From positions 333,350 to 397,349 of the forward strand of contig JAFIEZ010000003.1 in NCBI GenBank assembly GCA_020832235.1: a stretch of DNA of 64,000 nucleotides, read 5' to 3'. The stretch is from Bacteroidota bacterium. GTDB lineage: Bacteria > Bacteroidota > Rhodothermia > Balneolales > HLUCCA01. The notes under the pieces were generated by a model, which ran no database searches, was not told the origin of the DNA, and worked only from the letters and a program-made list of their open reading frames with translations. Position numbers and translations under genes: made by a program. Below, piece by piece: positions 19,440-28,992 of this stretch; within the stretch, counting starts at the first letter, position 1, and the number at the start of each line of letters is the position of its first letter.

Positions 19440-19878
19440 TATGGATTTAAATATGCTTATCTTTTAAGTTCTGTAGAAAATTAAGCTGTAATATGCATGA
19501 TGATTTGCAGTTACAGTGCTAGGATGTTAAGAAGATTTGTTGAATATCACATAGTGATTATATGAAATTCGGAACGCGTAACATCATCGTACTGTTAGAC
19601 TAAACGAATATCCGGTTACTCAAAGGCTATACTAAAGAATTGAACATTTATGTTTTACGTTTACTGACGAGTTTGGAAGTTGACGCCCAGAACGGAAAGC
19701 CCGCAGGCTTGCCTGCAAACATTGGCGGCTTCGTGTCTGGTATGATCATAATGGCAATAATACGCCTGTATGCTTGTACTATCGACATGAGTTGCCTTTT
19801 TTCATTTTATGACCAACCCTCGGTTGTTAGGTTACAGCCGAGCCAACAAATCACTCAATAGTTTACAGGTAGGGGTAA

Positions 19879-20292
19879 ATGAAAGCACTAGGTAGACAAA
19901 TACTGGTTGAATATTACGACTGCGACGCTGATATCATTAATGATGTTGCTCAAATCGAAAATATTTTACTTTCCGCAACGCGGGCTGCCAAAGCAAGTAT
20001 CATTTCGCATAATTTTCACAAATTTAGTCCTCACGGAGTAAGTGGTACTATTGTTATCGCTGAGTCGCATGTGGCTATTCATACATGGCCGGAGTATAAC
20101 TACGCAGCGGTCGACATTTTTACATGCGGCGAAACAATTGATCCGTGGACTATACAGGAGTACATTAAAGACTCTTTTCTTTCTAAAAATGTATCCAGCA
20201 TTGAAATGAAGCGCGGCTTATTTAAAGTTGCTCCAGGGGAAGAATTACTTTTTAAACCTAAAGATGCTGGCAAAGTAAATATTCTGAATTAA
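19879..20292 (+). CDS. speD: S-adenosylmethionine decarboxylase proenzyme (small SpeD/SpeH type, pyruvoyl)
   Basis: VIAESHVAIHTWPEYNYAAVDIFTCG, including the E-S self-cleavage site. 137 aa. Confidence 0.9.
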   Translation: MKALGRQILVEYYDCDADIINDVAQIENILLSATRAAKASIISHNFHKFSPHGVSGTIVIAESHVAIHTWPEYNYAAVDIFTCGETIDPWTIQEYIKDSFLSKNVSSIEMKRGLFKVAPGEELLFKPKDAGKVNILN

Positions 20293-20318
20293 TTTCTCCA
20301 TTCTTAACTCGATTATAA

Positions 20319-20816
20319 ATGTCAAAGACTTTCGGACCAATGGTCAAAACCCCAACAGTGTATAAACTTGTCAAGGGTTTTGGTGAGGGGAATATGCCCT
20401 TAAACGCATTTGATAAAGCACTCCTCGACGCTGGTGTGGGTGATACCAACCTGATGCGAATGAGTTCCATCGTGCCACCTGCTTGCAAAGAGGTGAAAGA
20501 GGTGAGTTTACCTAAGGGCGGTCTTATACCAATAGCCTATGCAACTATATCTTCTGATAAGCCAGGTGATATTATCTCAGCTTGTATAGCGGTTGGAATA
20601 CCAGAAGATCCTACGGAGCCAGGCGTTATCATGGAGCATGAAGACCACCTTCCTTTGGCGCAGGTAGAAGCTACCGTTCGTCAGATGTGTGTAGATGCAT
20701 TTGAGTACCGTGGCAGAAAACTTAAAGAAGTGAAGTCGCTCGGAATAGAACATACCGTTGAAAAGTGTGGATCTGTTTTTGCCGCTGCCGTGCTCTGGTA
20801 CGACGAGGAGAACTAG
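20319..20816 (+). CDS. pdaD: Pyruvoyl-dependent arginine decarboxylase
   Basis: I recall close similarity to archaeal PdaD: PLNAFDKALLDAGVGDTNLMRMSSIVPP (Ser-Ser cleavage site) and EHTVEKCGSVFAAAVLWY. 165 aa. Confidence 0.88.
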   Translation: MSKTFGPMVKTPTVYKLVKGFGEGNMPLNAFDKALLDAGVGDTNLMRMSSIVPPACKEVKEVSLPKGGLIPIAYATISSDKPGDIISACIAVGIPEDPTEPGVIMEHEDHLPLAQVEATVRQMCVDAFEYRGRKLKEVKSLGIEHTVEKCGSVFAAAVLWYDEEN

Positions 20817-20819
20817 CAT

Positions 20820-21674
20820 ATGCCGTTTCAGTATTTAGAGTACTATAACGGTACTACAGGGCTTTCCGTGGGTGTGAATAAAGTTCTGTTTTCAGAGCAA
20901 ACCCCATTTCAAAAGGTGGAGGTATATGAAACAGATACCTGGGGTAACCTTATGACTATCGACGGAATGGTAATGCTCTCAGAAAAAGATGAGTTTGTTT
21001 ACCACGAAATGATTGCACATGTAGCTTGTTTTTCACACCCAAATCCCAAGCGAGTACTCATTATTGGCGGCGGAGACGGCGGAACAGCCCGCGAAGTGCT
21101 CAAGCACACATCTGTAGAGCATGTTGACATGGTCGAAATTGATGAGGCCGTTGTTCGAGCTTCAAAACAATTCATGCCAGGTGTAGGTGATTTCGATAAT
21201 CCGAAATTACATGTGCTCTACGAAAACGGACTCACTTTCGTTGATCATGTACCGCTTAAATACGACGTTATTATTATTGATGGTAGTGACCCCGTAGGAC
21301 CCGCGGTTGACTTGTTCAAGCAGGAGTTCTACGATAAATGCCGCGATGCATTAAACGATAATGGTGTGCTTACGGGCCAAACCGAAAGCCCTTGGGTATC
21401 ATCTTATCACGAAAGTATTCAGTCCGTTTTCCGTGCTGTAGATAATGCTTTTGAATTCTCCAGAATGTATCTGGCTTTTATCCCGCTTTACCCAACGGGT
21501 ATGTGGTCTATGGCTTTTGCCAGCAAAGGTATCGATCCACTCAGTGATGAAGTACTTAATCGGGTAACTTCCGGGCTGAATCAATTTGGCGATACCCTCA
21601 AGTATTACAATGCCGACATGCACCGGGCGGCGTTTGCCTTACCAGGTTTTGTTAAAGAAATAATTGCTAAGTAA
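20820..21674 (+). CDS. speE: Polyamine aminopropyltransferase (spermidine synthase family)
   Basis: VLIIGGGDGGTAREVLKH, MVEIDEAVV, IIIDGSDPVGPA motifs. Confidence 0.92.
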   Translation: MPFQYLEYYNGTTGLSVGVNKVLFSEQTPFQKVEVYETDTWGNLMTIDGMVMLSEKDEFVYHEMIAHVACFSHPNPKRVLIIGGGDGGTAREVLKHTSVEHVDMVEIDEAVVRASKQFMPGVGDFDNPKLHVLYENGLTFVDHVPLKYDVIIIDGSDPVGPAVDLFKQEFYDKCRDALNDNGVLTGQTESPWVSSYHESIQSVFRAVDNAFEFSRMYLAFIPLYPTGMWSMAFASKGIDPLSDEVLNRVTSGLNQFGDTLKYYNADMHRAAFALPGFVKEIIAK

Positions 21675-21719
21675 CTTCCACTTACAAGCAAGTTATTTCT
21701 GGCAAAACCATGTACGCTG

Positions 21720-23363
21720 ATGCGTTTACTTGCATCACTTTATATCTTGCTGCTGATGCTGACATACACTGTTCAGGGTCAGCAGCTTTTTTATTCTGAG
21801 TATAGTCCATTATGGATTAATCAGGAGTTGCAGGTTGATTCTATACATCGGCAATCTCTTTTCAATCAGCTGCAAATTCTCACCGATACCGGGTACTTTG
21901 ATACTAAAATAGATTCCATAACACAGCAGGGTATATTTCTTTCCACCGGAGAGCGTTATCGTTTAGATAATCTTGTGTACGAGTTTGATAGCGAAGAATC
22001 GATATGTTTTCTTGTGGATGCTGCCTTTGAATCGCAGACGGTACAGCGGTTTAGCGATCATGTACTTAACGACTTAAAGAGTGATGGCTATCCGTTTGCA
22101 TCCATCACGCTATTAGAAACTGAACTTGACGCACTCAATAAAGTGGTCTCTATGCGGTTTCGGGTTGAGGCAGGTGTTCGTGTGAATATTGTTTCCTTGC
22201 GATTTGAAGGCAACAAAGGATTATCAGACAGCTACTTAAGTAGGGAAGTCGGTTTCATCGCGGGCTCGGTGTTCAACCCAGACTTGTCAGAGAGGGTAGT
22301 CACAAAGCTCCAACGCTCTCCATTCATCAGTGCAGTTCAATATGAAGGCATTCTGGAGGTTGATAACGAGTGGATGATGGTTTTTACCGTTGAAGAAACA
22401 CGCAGAAACGCCATCGATGTAATTATTGGGTACAATCCATCAGCCGACCAGTCATCTGCAATTATAGGTCGAGGAAATCTGAGATTAGATAATCTTATTA
22501 TGGAGGGAAGCTCCGCACGATTTAGATTTGAACGAATGCCGCTTGACCGGTCAAGGCTAGAATTGGGCTATTCGCAGTTCTGGCTCGGTGGATTGCCCAT
22601 CAATCTATCGGTTGACGGGAGGTTTCTTCAACAAGATTCAACCTATTTCCAGAGTCAATTTTCCGCTGAAACCCACTACAATCTGTCTCAAAGCCTATCT
22701 TTTGGTATTATGTTTAGTGGCGCGAATCTAACAACCACGCAACCTCAGGGGCTTTCAGCTATTCAGTCTGGTAGAATTCGAATGGCCGGTATCACACTGC
22801 AGTATAACACGTTAGATCGAAGGCTTTCGCCAACTTCAGGATTCAAGACGCACATCACAACCCGTCGGGGATACCGAACATTACCGGCTGATGCCAACCC
22901 CATATATGATCGTCGATATGATGTTAACGAACTGATTTCCGATATACAATATTATCACACGATTTCGCCTCGATGGATTCTTGTTCCTCGAGTACATGCA
23001 CATTTTGTTTTAACAGATGTTTACTTCGAAGATCAGTTAGTACCATTAGGTGGGGCACTATCGCTCAGGGGATTTAGGGAAGAACAATTCCGGGTCAATA
23101 GTGTCATATGGTCAGATCTTGAAGCACGTTATCTGCTCGATCGCTTTTCTTATTTGTTCTTTTTTGGCGCCACGGGGTACATCAACACGCCGGAAGCGCC
23201 AGGAATACCGGGATCGTTAACAGACTCAACACAGTTGAATTCGGCAGGAATAGGACTATCGTACCGCATTCCGTTGGGGATGCTACAATTTTCGTACGCG
23301 GTTTCAGCACAAAGCCCTCTGGTTAACGGAATGGTTCATTTCGGAATAATAAACTCATTCTAG
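21720..23363 (+). CDS. Omp85/BamA-family outer-membrane protein (short form)
   Basis: Signal peptide and POTRA-like N-terminal region. The C-terminal surface-antigen barrel carries LRGF and ends in an aromatic residue (...HFGIINSF). Confidence 0.75.
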   Translation: MRLLASLYILLLMLTYTVQGQQLFYSEYSPLWINQELQVDSIHRQSLFNQLQILTDTGYFDTKIDSITQQGIFLSTGERYRLDNLVYEFDSEESICFLVDAAFESQTVQRFSDHVLNDLKSDGYPFASITLLETELDALNKVVSMRFRVEAGVRVNIVSLRFEGNKGLSDSYLSREVGFIAGSVFNPDLSERVVTKLQRSPFISAVQYEGILEVDNEWMMVFTVEETRRNAIDVIIGYNPSADQSSAIIGRGNLRLDNLIMEGSSARFRFERMPLDRSRLELGYSQFWLGGLPINLSVDGRFLQQDSTYFQSQFSAETHYNLSQSLSFGIMFSGANLTTTQPQGLSAIQSGRIRMAGITLQYNTLDRRLSPTSGFKTHITTRRGYRTLPADANPIYDRRYDVNELISDIQYYHTISPRWILVPRVHAHFVLTDVYFEDQLVPLGGALSLRGFREEQFRVNSVIWSDLEARYLLDRFSYLFFFGATGYINTPEAPGIPGSLTDSTQLNSAGIGLSYRIPLGMLQFSYAVSAQSPLVNGMVHFGIINSF

Positions 23364-24359
23364 GTTATATAGCAGACTATCCAAAGTCAGATAGATCGTC
23401 ACTCCCGTACCAATAAGAATCAAAGCAAGAGCAGGATTCCAGATTACGAGTCCTCCCAGCATTCCAAGAACCCCGCCCAGGTACTTGATGTAGTTGAGCT
23501 GGTCCATAGTGCTTGTTTTTATCAGCCATTCGAGTCGTTTTTCATCATACGTATTTAGATTTTCATATACTATGGATTGGATATCAATTTCATCGACCAG
23601 TTTTTGAGCAGCTTCGGTAATGTACGCACGAATAACCTGCCGGTGTTCTCTCAGAGACAGAGGGATACTCTCAATAATGTCATCGAATTGTGACCTGTTG
23701 TTATACAGCAAAGAGGGTATTTGTTGAATGGTCTGATTTAAAATAGATCTGGCTTCTGTACCTCTGAATTTTAGGTAGGTATTGAACGCGAGTTTTTCCA
23801 CGGAACCCGAAGGTATGGCACTGCCCATTTCGGCCAACACCTGCTGTGCATAGGTATTTCGAAGTTCTTCGTCGCTAACCAGCTGATTCAAGGTGGCTTT
23901 AACCGATGTGTATATTGATTCACGGAACTCTTGATTACCAGTTAGTTCTGCTGTCTTATTTTCAATTGCGTTTAGAAGTTTGTCGGTTATGTGCTCATCC
24001 GCCATTCGCTGCTGAATCAACTCCGCATTTATTAGATTTTTCTGAATAGCCTGAGCCAGTTTTTTTGAAATAATATCCTTTTGCGATGGAATAAGTCCTT
24101 GACCTAATAATGGACGTTTTTCTGTGGGCCTGAATAGCATTGTGATGGCAATCCAATTTGTAAAAAAACCAATAAGTCCGCCAACACTTATCATTCGAAC
24201 AATCCCTTCAAACGAGACGGTGTAGCCAAAAACATCTATAGTGTAAATAGGTAGGGTTATGAAAAGCGAAGAAACCAGGCTGACTACCAACAGCCATGGA
24301 ATGATAACCAATAGCCTATATCGAAGAGGAGGAGTATTTGTTGAAAATGAGTTTTTCAT
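23355..24359 (-). CDS. DUF445 domain-containing membrane protein
   Basis: GLIGFFTNWIAITMLFRPTEKRPLLGQGLIPSQKD matches the DUF445 signature. TM segments at the N- and C-termini. Confidence 0.75.
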   Translation of the reverse strand: MKNSFSTNTPPLRYRLLVIIPWLLVVSLVSSLFITLPIYTIDVFGYTVSFEGIVRMISVGGLIGFFTNWIAITMLFRPTEKRPLLGQGLIPSQKDIISKKLAQAIQKNLINAELIQQRMADEHITDKLLNAIENKTAELTGNQEFRESIYTSVKATLNQLVSDEELRNTYAQQVLAEMGSAIPSGSVEKLAFNTYLKFRGTEARSILNQTIQQIPSLLYNNRSQFDDIIESIPLSLREHRQVIRAYITEAAQKLVDEIDIQSIVYENLNTYDEKRLEWLIKTSTMDQLNYIKYLGGVLGMLGGLVIWNPALALILIGTGVTIYLTLDSLLYNLE

Positions 24360-24407
24360 AAAAGCCTGTCAGGTTTGATTATAGGCTTTTACGCAAGATG
24401 TACGAAA

Positions 24408-24851
24408 TTAGTTAACGCTTTCATTTCCGCGGAGCATACTGGTATGGTTTTTAAACAAGGTATCATTGTCAAAGATGTGGTTTTCAACCAGTAGTTTAAC
24501 TTTATCTAAGTCTATTGGCTCACTGCTTTGAAACATTACTTTCTCGATTATGTGTTCCATCGATTTATTATCCAAAAGACCGATATCAACCATCTCTAAT
24601 AAATATCCGTAAGCTTCCGGTGAAATCAACATTCGCTCCGCAAAATGCAGCACACGGTGGCAACTTTTGTCTTTTTGAGTTTTCTTGTCTGAAACCGATG
24701 GATGTTTTTGCATAATCCAGGAATAAGCAGCGCTGATTTGAGCATAGTTATAGCCTTTCAGGCTATCCTGTTTGATATCTGTAATATTTGCTCCGAGCTG
24801 AATTTGCTTGGCTATGTAGATGATTAAATCAAGTAGGTTGTTTTTATGCAT
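24408..24851 (-). CDS. Smg-like protein (DUF494 family)
   Basis: 147 aa. Recalled colinear similarity to E. coli Smg, e.g. ISPEAYGYLLEMVDIGLLDNKSMEHIIEKVMF versus the Smg core. Confidence 0.6.
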   Translation of the reverse strand: MHKNNLLDLIIYIAKQIQLGANITDIKQDSLKGYNYAQISAAYSWIMQKHPSVSDKKTQKDKSCHRVLHFAERMLISPEAYGYLLEMVDIGLLDNKSMEHIIEKVMFQSSEPIDLDKVKLLVENHIFDNDTLFKNHTSMLRGNESVN

Positions 24852-24859
24852 AACGTGGT

Positions 24860-25339
24860 TTATTCGGACAGATATGCGTTTTCTTTGCTCGTCATTACTT
24901 TTTTGAGTTCATAGGTATTGTCGTCGTACCCGCAAAGGTGCAGCAATCCGTGAATGAAGATACGTTTGAACTCTTGTTTTACAGAAACATTGAGCTCTTT
25001 CGATTGCTCAATTATTCGCGGAGCACACATGTAAATGGTGCCATCAATATCGGTTCCATCCAACGCGTTAAACTCGTCGTCTTCGCTGGAATACGTGAAC
25101 GTGATGATATCGGTAATATAATCTCGACCGAGGTGATCTTGATTAACCTTTACAATTTCATCTTCGTTTACATAAACAATTTCAATGAAACCGAATGTAA
25201 CATTTTCACCGTCTTGTATAGAATCCATTATCGCCCGATATTCTTCGTGCTTTAACGGGATATCTGTACTGCTTTCGTTGAATATTTCGATATCTGTCAA
25301 TGATTTACTCTTCGTCGAAAGTGAAGCCTTCCAAGTCAA
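24860..25339 (-). CDS. ybeY: rRNA maturation endoribonuclease YbeY
   Basis: Zinc motif HGLLHLCGYDD. The true start may be TTG at 25300 (MTDIEIFNES...), just after the upstream stop, rather than ATG 25339. Confidence 0.9.
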   Translation of the reverse strand: MTWKASLSTKSKSLTDIEIFNESSTDIPLKHEEYRAIMDSIQDGENVTFGFIEIVYVNEDEIVKVNQDHLGRDYITDIITFTYSSEDDEFNALDGTDIDGTIYMCAPRIIEQSKELNVSVKQEFKRIFIHGLLHLCGYDDNTYELKKVMTSKENAYLSE

Positions 25340-25790
25340 TATTTTCTGTAAGTGATAACGCGATGCTGCTGGTCATTAATTCAGGTGGGAGCTTTGTGAA
25401 ATCACCTTTCAAAATACTGTCCTCTACATTGGCGTAGAAACTGCATCCTGCTTCTCTTTCAATAATTAGTCCAGAAGTTGTGCCTTCTGTTTTTCCGAAA
25501 AATGTGACCTGATGCAACAGTTCACTGGCCACGAAACCTACACAATTCTGAAGTTGCAGAAAGGTATTGTGTGAATACACTGAAATCATACTGTTGATGA
25601 CACCATCTACGACGAGCTCTGGTTGTATTTCAAGTACGAGCTTTGTTTTATCGTTGGTGTTCTCAAGCGAAAATCGATAAATGCCACCGTTTTTGCGTGG
25701 TTCAACACCAAGCACATCCGAGATGGCGTTTAGATTCTCTGAACTGAATTCGTGTACCATGACATAGGTTCCCGAGTGAAAATTTATCAA
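25305..25790 (-). CDS. Hypothetical protein
   Basis: ORF with normal amino-acid composition, co-directional with ybeY and abutting it. I recognise no family. The start may be the internal ATG (MVHEFSSE...). Confidence 0.5.
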   Translation of the reverse strand: MINFHSGTYVMVHEFSSENLNAISDVLGVEPRKNGGIYRFSLENTNDKTKLVLEIQPELVVDGVINSMISVYSHNTFLQLQNCVGFVASELLHQVTFFGKTEGTTSGLIIEREAGCSFYANVEDSILKGDFTKLPPELMTSSIALSLTENIDLEGFTFDEE

Positions 25791-25806
25791 TGTTTAAATA
25801 TACGGA

Positions 25807-25848
25807 GGATACCGATGTTTTGAAATGTTCATACCGGTATCCTTTTTT
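25807..25848. terminator. Hairpin between the DUF2723 gene and the next minus-strand gene (possible weak terminator)
   Basis: GGATACCG...CGGTATCC is an 8-bp stem with a T6 tract on the plus-strand side and A6 on the other. For the minus-strand genes only a weak U-rich tail follows. Confidence 0.35.
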
Positions 25849-25862
25849 ATAATACTCCACTC

Positions 25863-28800
25863 TCAATCCCCATAAATGCGCTGAACCTGTCTTCTATTTT
25901 CATCGCGGGTAGCAGGGAAGGGGACTCTTCCACCAGTGAGTTCGTTTACAAGGACTGTAAGTTGCAGCGCCTCGTCATCTTTATCTGCGAGAAATAAGAC
26001 TCTCTGCAATATCATGAATCGACTTGAATCAAATGAGATTTCTCTAACGAGGCTCTCACGTGTATTGGTCGCAGTGCGCAATTGCGCTTCAAGACGCTGA
26101 CGACGCGACACATTGGCCCTGTTTTCGCGAATACGCTGGTTCAGGTTCTCAATGCGATCATCAACTTCATCAATCCGATTCACATTATGGCGCATACTTC
26201 GTTCAAGGCGCTGTAGACCCTTCTCGGCAATAGCCACACTTCGTACCGTTTCACCGAATTGTGCAAATCTATATGCATAACTGACCAATGAGGTAATGTC
26301 GCCATCAATGGTGGTGAATGGGATATTCTCTTCACCCCAAAGTAACCATTCCCGGGCTCTGGCGGTATCACCTCGCTGTGCAACAGTCAACGCCTGACGT
26401 GAAATCAACGTGCGGTAATTATCTACCATTCTGCGGATGTTTTCATCGAAATACGCGTTCTCGTTATTGATTTCTCGGAAACGGAATCCTTCAAGCCGCT
26501 CGCCGTGAATATCAGGATCGATCCAACCAAAGTCGTCACGCTGACGCTGAGGTACCACCCGGAAGGCCTTTCCTTCCAGTCTGAAGTAGTTTTGCAGATT
26601 CATCTGACCATCCTGAGATACGGTTACCGCGAAATAAACCGGCCGCTCCCAGTTATTGGTTCGTAATATGTCCAATACCATATCATCTTGAACGCGAGTA
26701 AAATACAGATCCTGACCAGAACGGTCTGTTCCCAGGAAGCTGCCTTCAAAAAACCACCGTACTTCCGTATCAAGCTCCTCAACTGGTATTCCAAAGTGCA
26801 TTTCTGGGGCGAGAGGGAGCTCACCATCTATAAACTTGTCTCTACTATCGGTAGCTAAGTTGGCCGAGGTTTCGTTTTCAAAGATAGCTCTTAGACGATC
26901 GTGATCAACCGGAATCCGAATTTCCCCTGGGGTATGGAAATCAGTGGCCCGCTCAAACCTAAACTTATCTTCAATTCTATCTACTTGTTCATCGGTTAGC
27001 GATATGGGTACAGGAGGGGAGTCCCAGTTCCATCGGTTCTTCATCTGTTTGATATACCATGGGGTATTCAATAGACTCAGGTTAATCACTCGAACATCCC
27101 GGCGTACCCCTTCAATGTCTTGAAGATACCAAAGAGGGAAGGTGTCATTGTCACCATTAGTAAATACAATAGCGTATGGAGCAAGTGAGTTCAATAGATT
27201 ATAGGCATAGTCTGGTGCCACATACTGAAGGCTTCTGTCGTTGTCTTCGAAGTTTTGTACAAGCATCCACATTGGAACGGCAAGAAAGATGATTGCCGCA
27301 GTTCCGGAAACGGCTGCGATGTTTTTTCGCAACAGATCTTTTAGCATGAACATGAGTCCAGACGCACCCATCCCTACCCAAATAGAATAGGCAAAGAATG
27401 ACCCGGTATAGGAGTAATCCCGTTCACGAGGTTGAAAAGGAAACTGATTAAGATATATCACAATGGCGACCCCTGTTGCAAGGAACAGGGCCAGTACACT
27501 GAGCGCGCGTTTCCAGTCAGCCTGAAAGTGAAAGAACATTCCGATTAATCCTAGCAGGAAGGGTAGGTAGAAATATCGATTATGCGCAGGATTATCGCGA
27601 TGGATACTGTCTCGACTTGAAAAGCCGGATATCCAGGCTGCATCCTGCAAATCAGAGTCTCGACCGATGAAGTTCCAGGCGAAGTATCGGAAATACATAT
27701 GCCCTAGCTGGTAATTCCAGAAGAAGTCCAGGTCTGAGCTAAACTGGGCGTATTTACGTTGGTGATGCGCCTCCCGAGAGTATCTTCTTGGGAAGAATCG
27801 CTCGGTACTGGTGTCGATACTCCCGGTTGCGTTGTTGAAGGAGTTGCCACGCAATAACGGTGTGGAACCGTACTGCTCTCGTTTCAGGTAACTGATGAAT
27901 CGTTCAACTGTGTCTGGTGAGTTCTGGTCGATTGAAGGATTTGCCAAAGACCGAACGTAAATCATGCTGTAGCTGGAGTAGCCTATTAAAATAGCGGTGT
28001 ACGCTAGAAAGGCTACATTCAATATACGCATGCCTTTCTTATGCGTGTAATAAATTCCAGCTCCAACAAATAGAACCAGAAGTACGAAAAAGGAGGCCGC
28101 TCCGAAAAGTCCGCCCGTAAAACCTGAAAAGGCTTCTGCAATTTTGGGCAGGGTAATAATGGTGAAAGGGAAAATCATCAGAAATACACCAATCGAAGCC
28201 ACTGCCGTAGTGATGAAACCCAGAATGCTGAACTCAAATTTCCGGAAGTAAATGATCAGTGCAACGGTGAAGATCGACAATAAACTCAGCAGGTGAACTC
28301 CAAAGGCGAGTCCGAATATATACGCAATTAGAACAATCCATCGCTCAGAGCCGGGTTTGTCAGCATTTTCGCTCCATTTTAGCGCAAGCCAAACCGACAA
28401 CGAGGTGAACATTAATGACATGGCATAGGTTTCGGCTTCTGTTGCGGTAAACCAGAAACTGTCGGAAACAGCGAAGGCCAACGCACCAATCAATGCACCG
28501 GTGTATAATGCCACTTTATCGAACGTATCGTAGGTATCGGGGTGACCCTTAAGAATGATGATAAATCGTACAATAATCAGATAGAGTAGGGCGATCGCGG
28601 TAGCAGCCGATAATACACTCATCAGGTTAATACTGGCAGCAACGTATTCGGTAGGTACGAACATTGAGAATACTCGACCCAGTAAAAGATAGAGTGGTGC
28701 TCCGGGAGGATGAGGTATCTGAAGCAGATTTGAACATGCAATCCGTTCGGCACAGTCCCAGAAACTGGTGGTCGGCGGCATGGTAATCAAGTAAAGTAGG

Positions 28801-28952
28801 AAAGATGCCGCAAATGCGAACAACGCTGAGAATTTATTCAGACTTTTGTGATCTTTCTGCATAAAGGATATAATGAACTGAAAAGGCAGTTGTATATTGT
28901 GAGGCATAGTTGCTAAGCAAACAATAATAGGCATAGACCATGCAACTATCAA
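25863..28952 (-). CDS. DUF2723 domain-containing multi-pass membrane protein (GT-C-like; I recall this family as glycosyltransferase family 117)
   Basis: N-terminal LYLITMPPTTSFWDCAERIACSNLLQIPHPPGAPLY pattern and more than 10 TM helices. The large C-terminal soluble part has helical-repeat/coiled-coil character. The likely true start is ATG at 28862 (MQKDHKSL...). Confidence 0.8.
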   Translation of the reverse strand: MIVAWSMPIIVCLATMPHNIQLPFQFIISFMQKDHKSLNKFSALFAFAASFLLYLITMPPTTSFWDCAERIACSNLLQIPHPPGAPLYLLLGRVFSMFVPTEYVAASINLMSVLSAATAIALLYLIIVRFIIILKGHPDTYDTFDKVALYTGALIGALAFAVSDSFWFTATEAETYAMSLMFTSLSVWLALKWSENADKPGSERWIVLIAYIFGLAFGVHLLSLLSIFTVALIIYFRKFEFSILGFITTAVASIGVFLMIFPFTIITLPKIAEAFSGFTGGLFGAASFFVLLVLFVGAGIYYTHKKGMRILNVAFLAYTAILIGYSSYSMIYVRSLANPSIDQNSPDTVERFISYLKREQYGSTPLLRGNSFNNATGSIDTSTERFFPRRYSREAHHQRKYAQFSSDLDFFWNYQLGHMYFRYFAWNFIGRDSDLQDAAWISGFSSRDSIHRDNPAHNRYFYLPFLLGLIGMFFHFQADWKRALSVLALFLATGVAIVIYLNQFPFQPRERDYSYTGSFFAYSIWVGMGASGLMFMLKDLLRKNIAAVSGTAAIIFLAVPMWMLVQNFEDNDRSLQYVAPDYAYNLLNSLAPYAIVFTNGDNDTFPLWYLQDIEGVRRDVRVINLSLLNTPWYIKQMKNRWNWDSPPVPISLTDEQVDRIEDKFRFERATDFHTPGEIRIPVDHDRLRAIFENETSANLATDSRDKFIDGELPLAPEMHFGIPVEELDTEVRWFFEGSFLGTDRSGQDLYFTRVQDDMVLDILRTNNWERPVYFAVTVSQDGQMNLQNYFRLEGKAFRVVPQRQRDDFGWIDPDIHGERLEGFRFREINNENAYFDENIRRMVDNYRTLISRQALTVAQRGDTARAREWLLWGEENIPFTTIDGDITSLVSYAYRFAQFGETVRSVAIAEKGLQRLERSMRHNVNRIDEVDDRIENLNQRIRENRANVSRRQRLEAQLRTATNTRESLVREISFDSSRFMILQRVLFLADKDDEALQLTVLVNELTGGRVPFPATRDENRRQVQRIYGD

Positions 28953-28992
28953 AAATATTGCCCACTTTTTACGTAATATCAGGCACTCATTT

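Noticed and set aside
19640-19861. 73-aa TTG-initiated ORF in the long intergenic region upstream of speD.
   Set aside because: It has a non-canonical start, an odd composition, no recognisable domain and no coupling to neighbours. I treat the region as non-coding or regulatory instead.
24360-24390. AAAAGCCT...AGGCTTTT inverted repeat between the Smg-like and DUF445 genes, considered as a possible terminator.
   Set aside because: The stem has only four G-C pairs and a 15-nt loop. It also abuts the DUF445 start codon. This is too weak to call.
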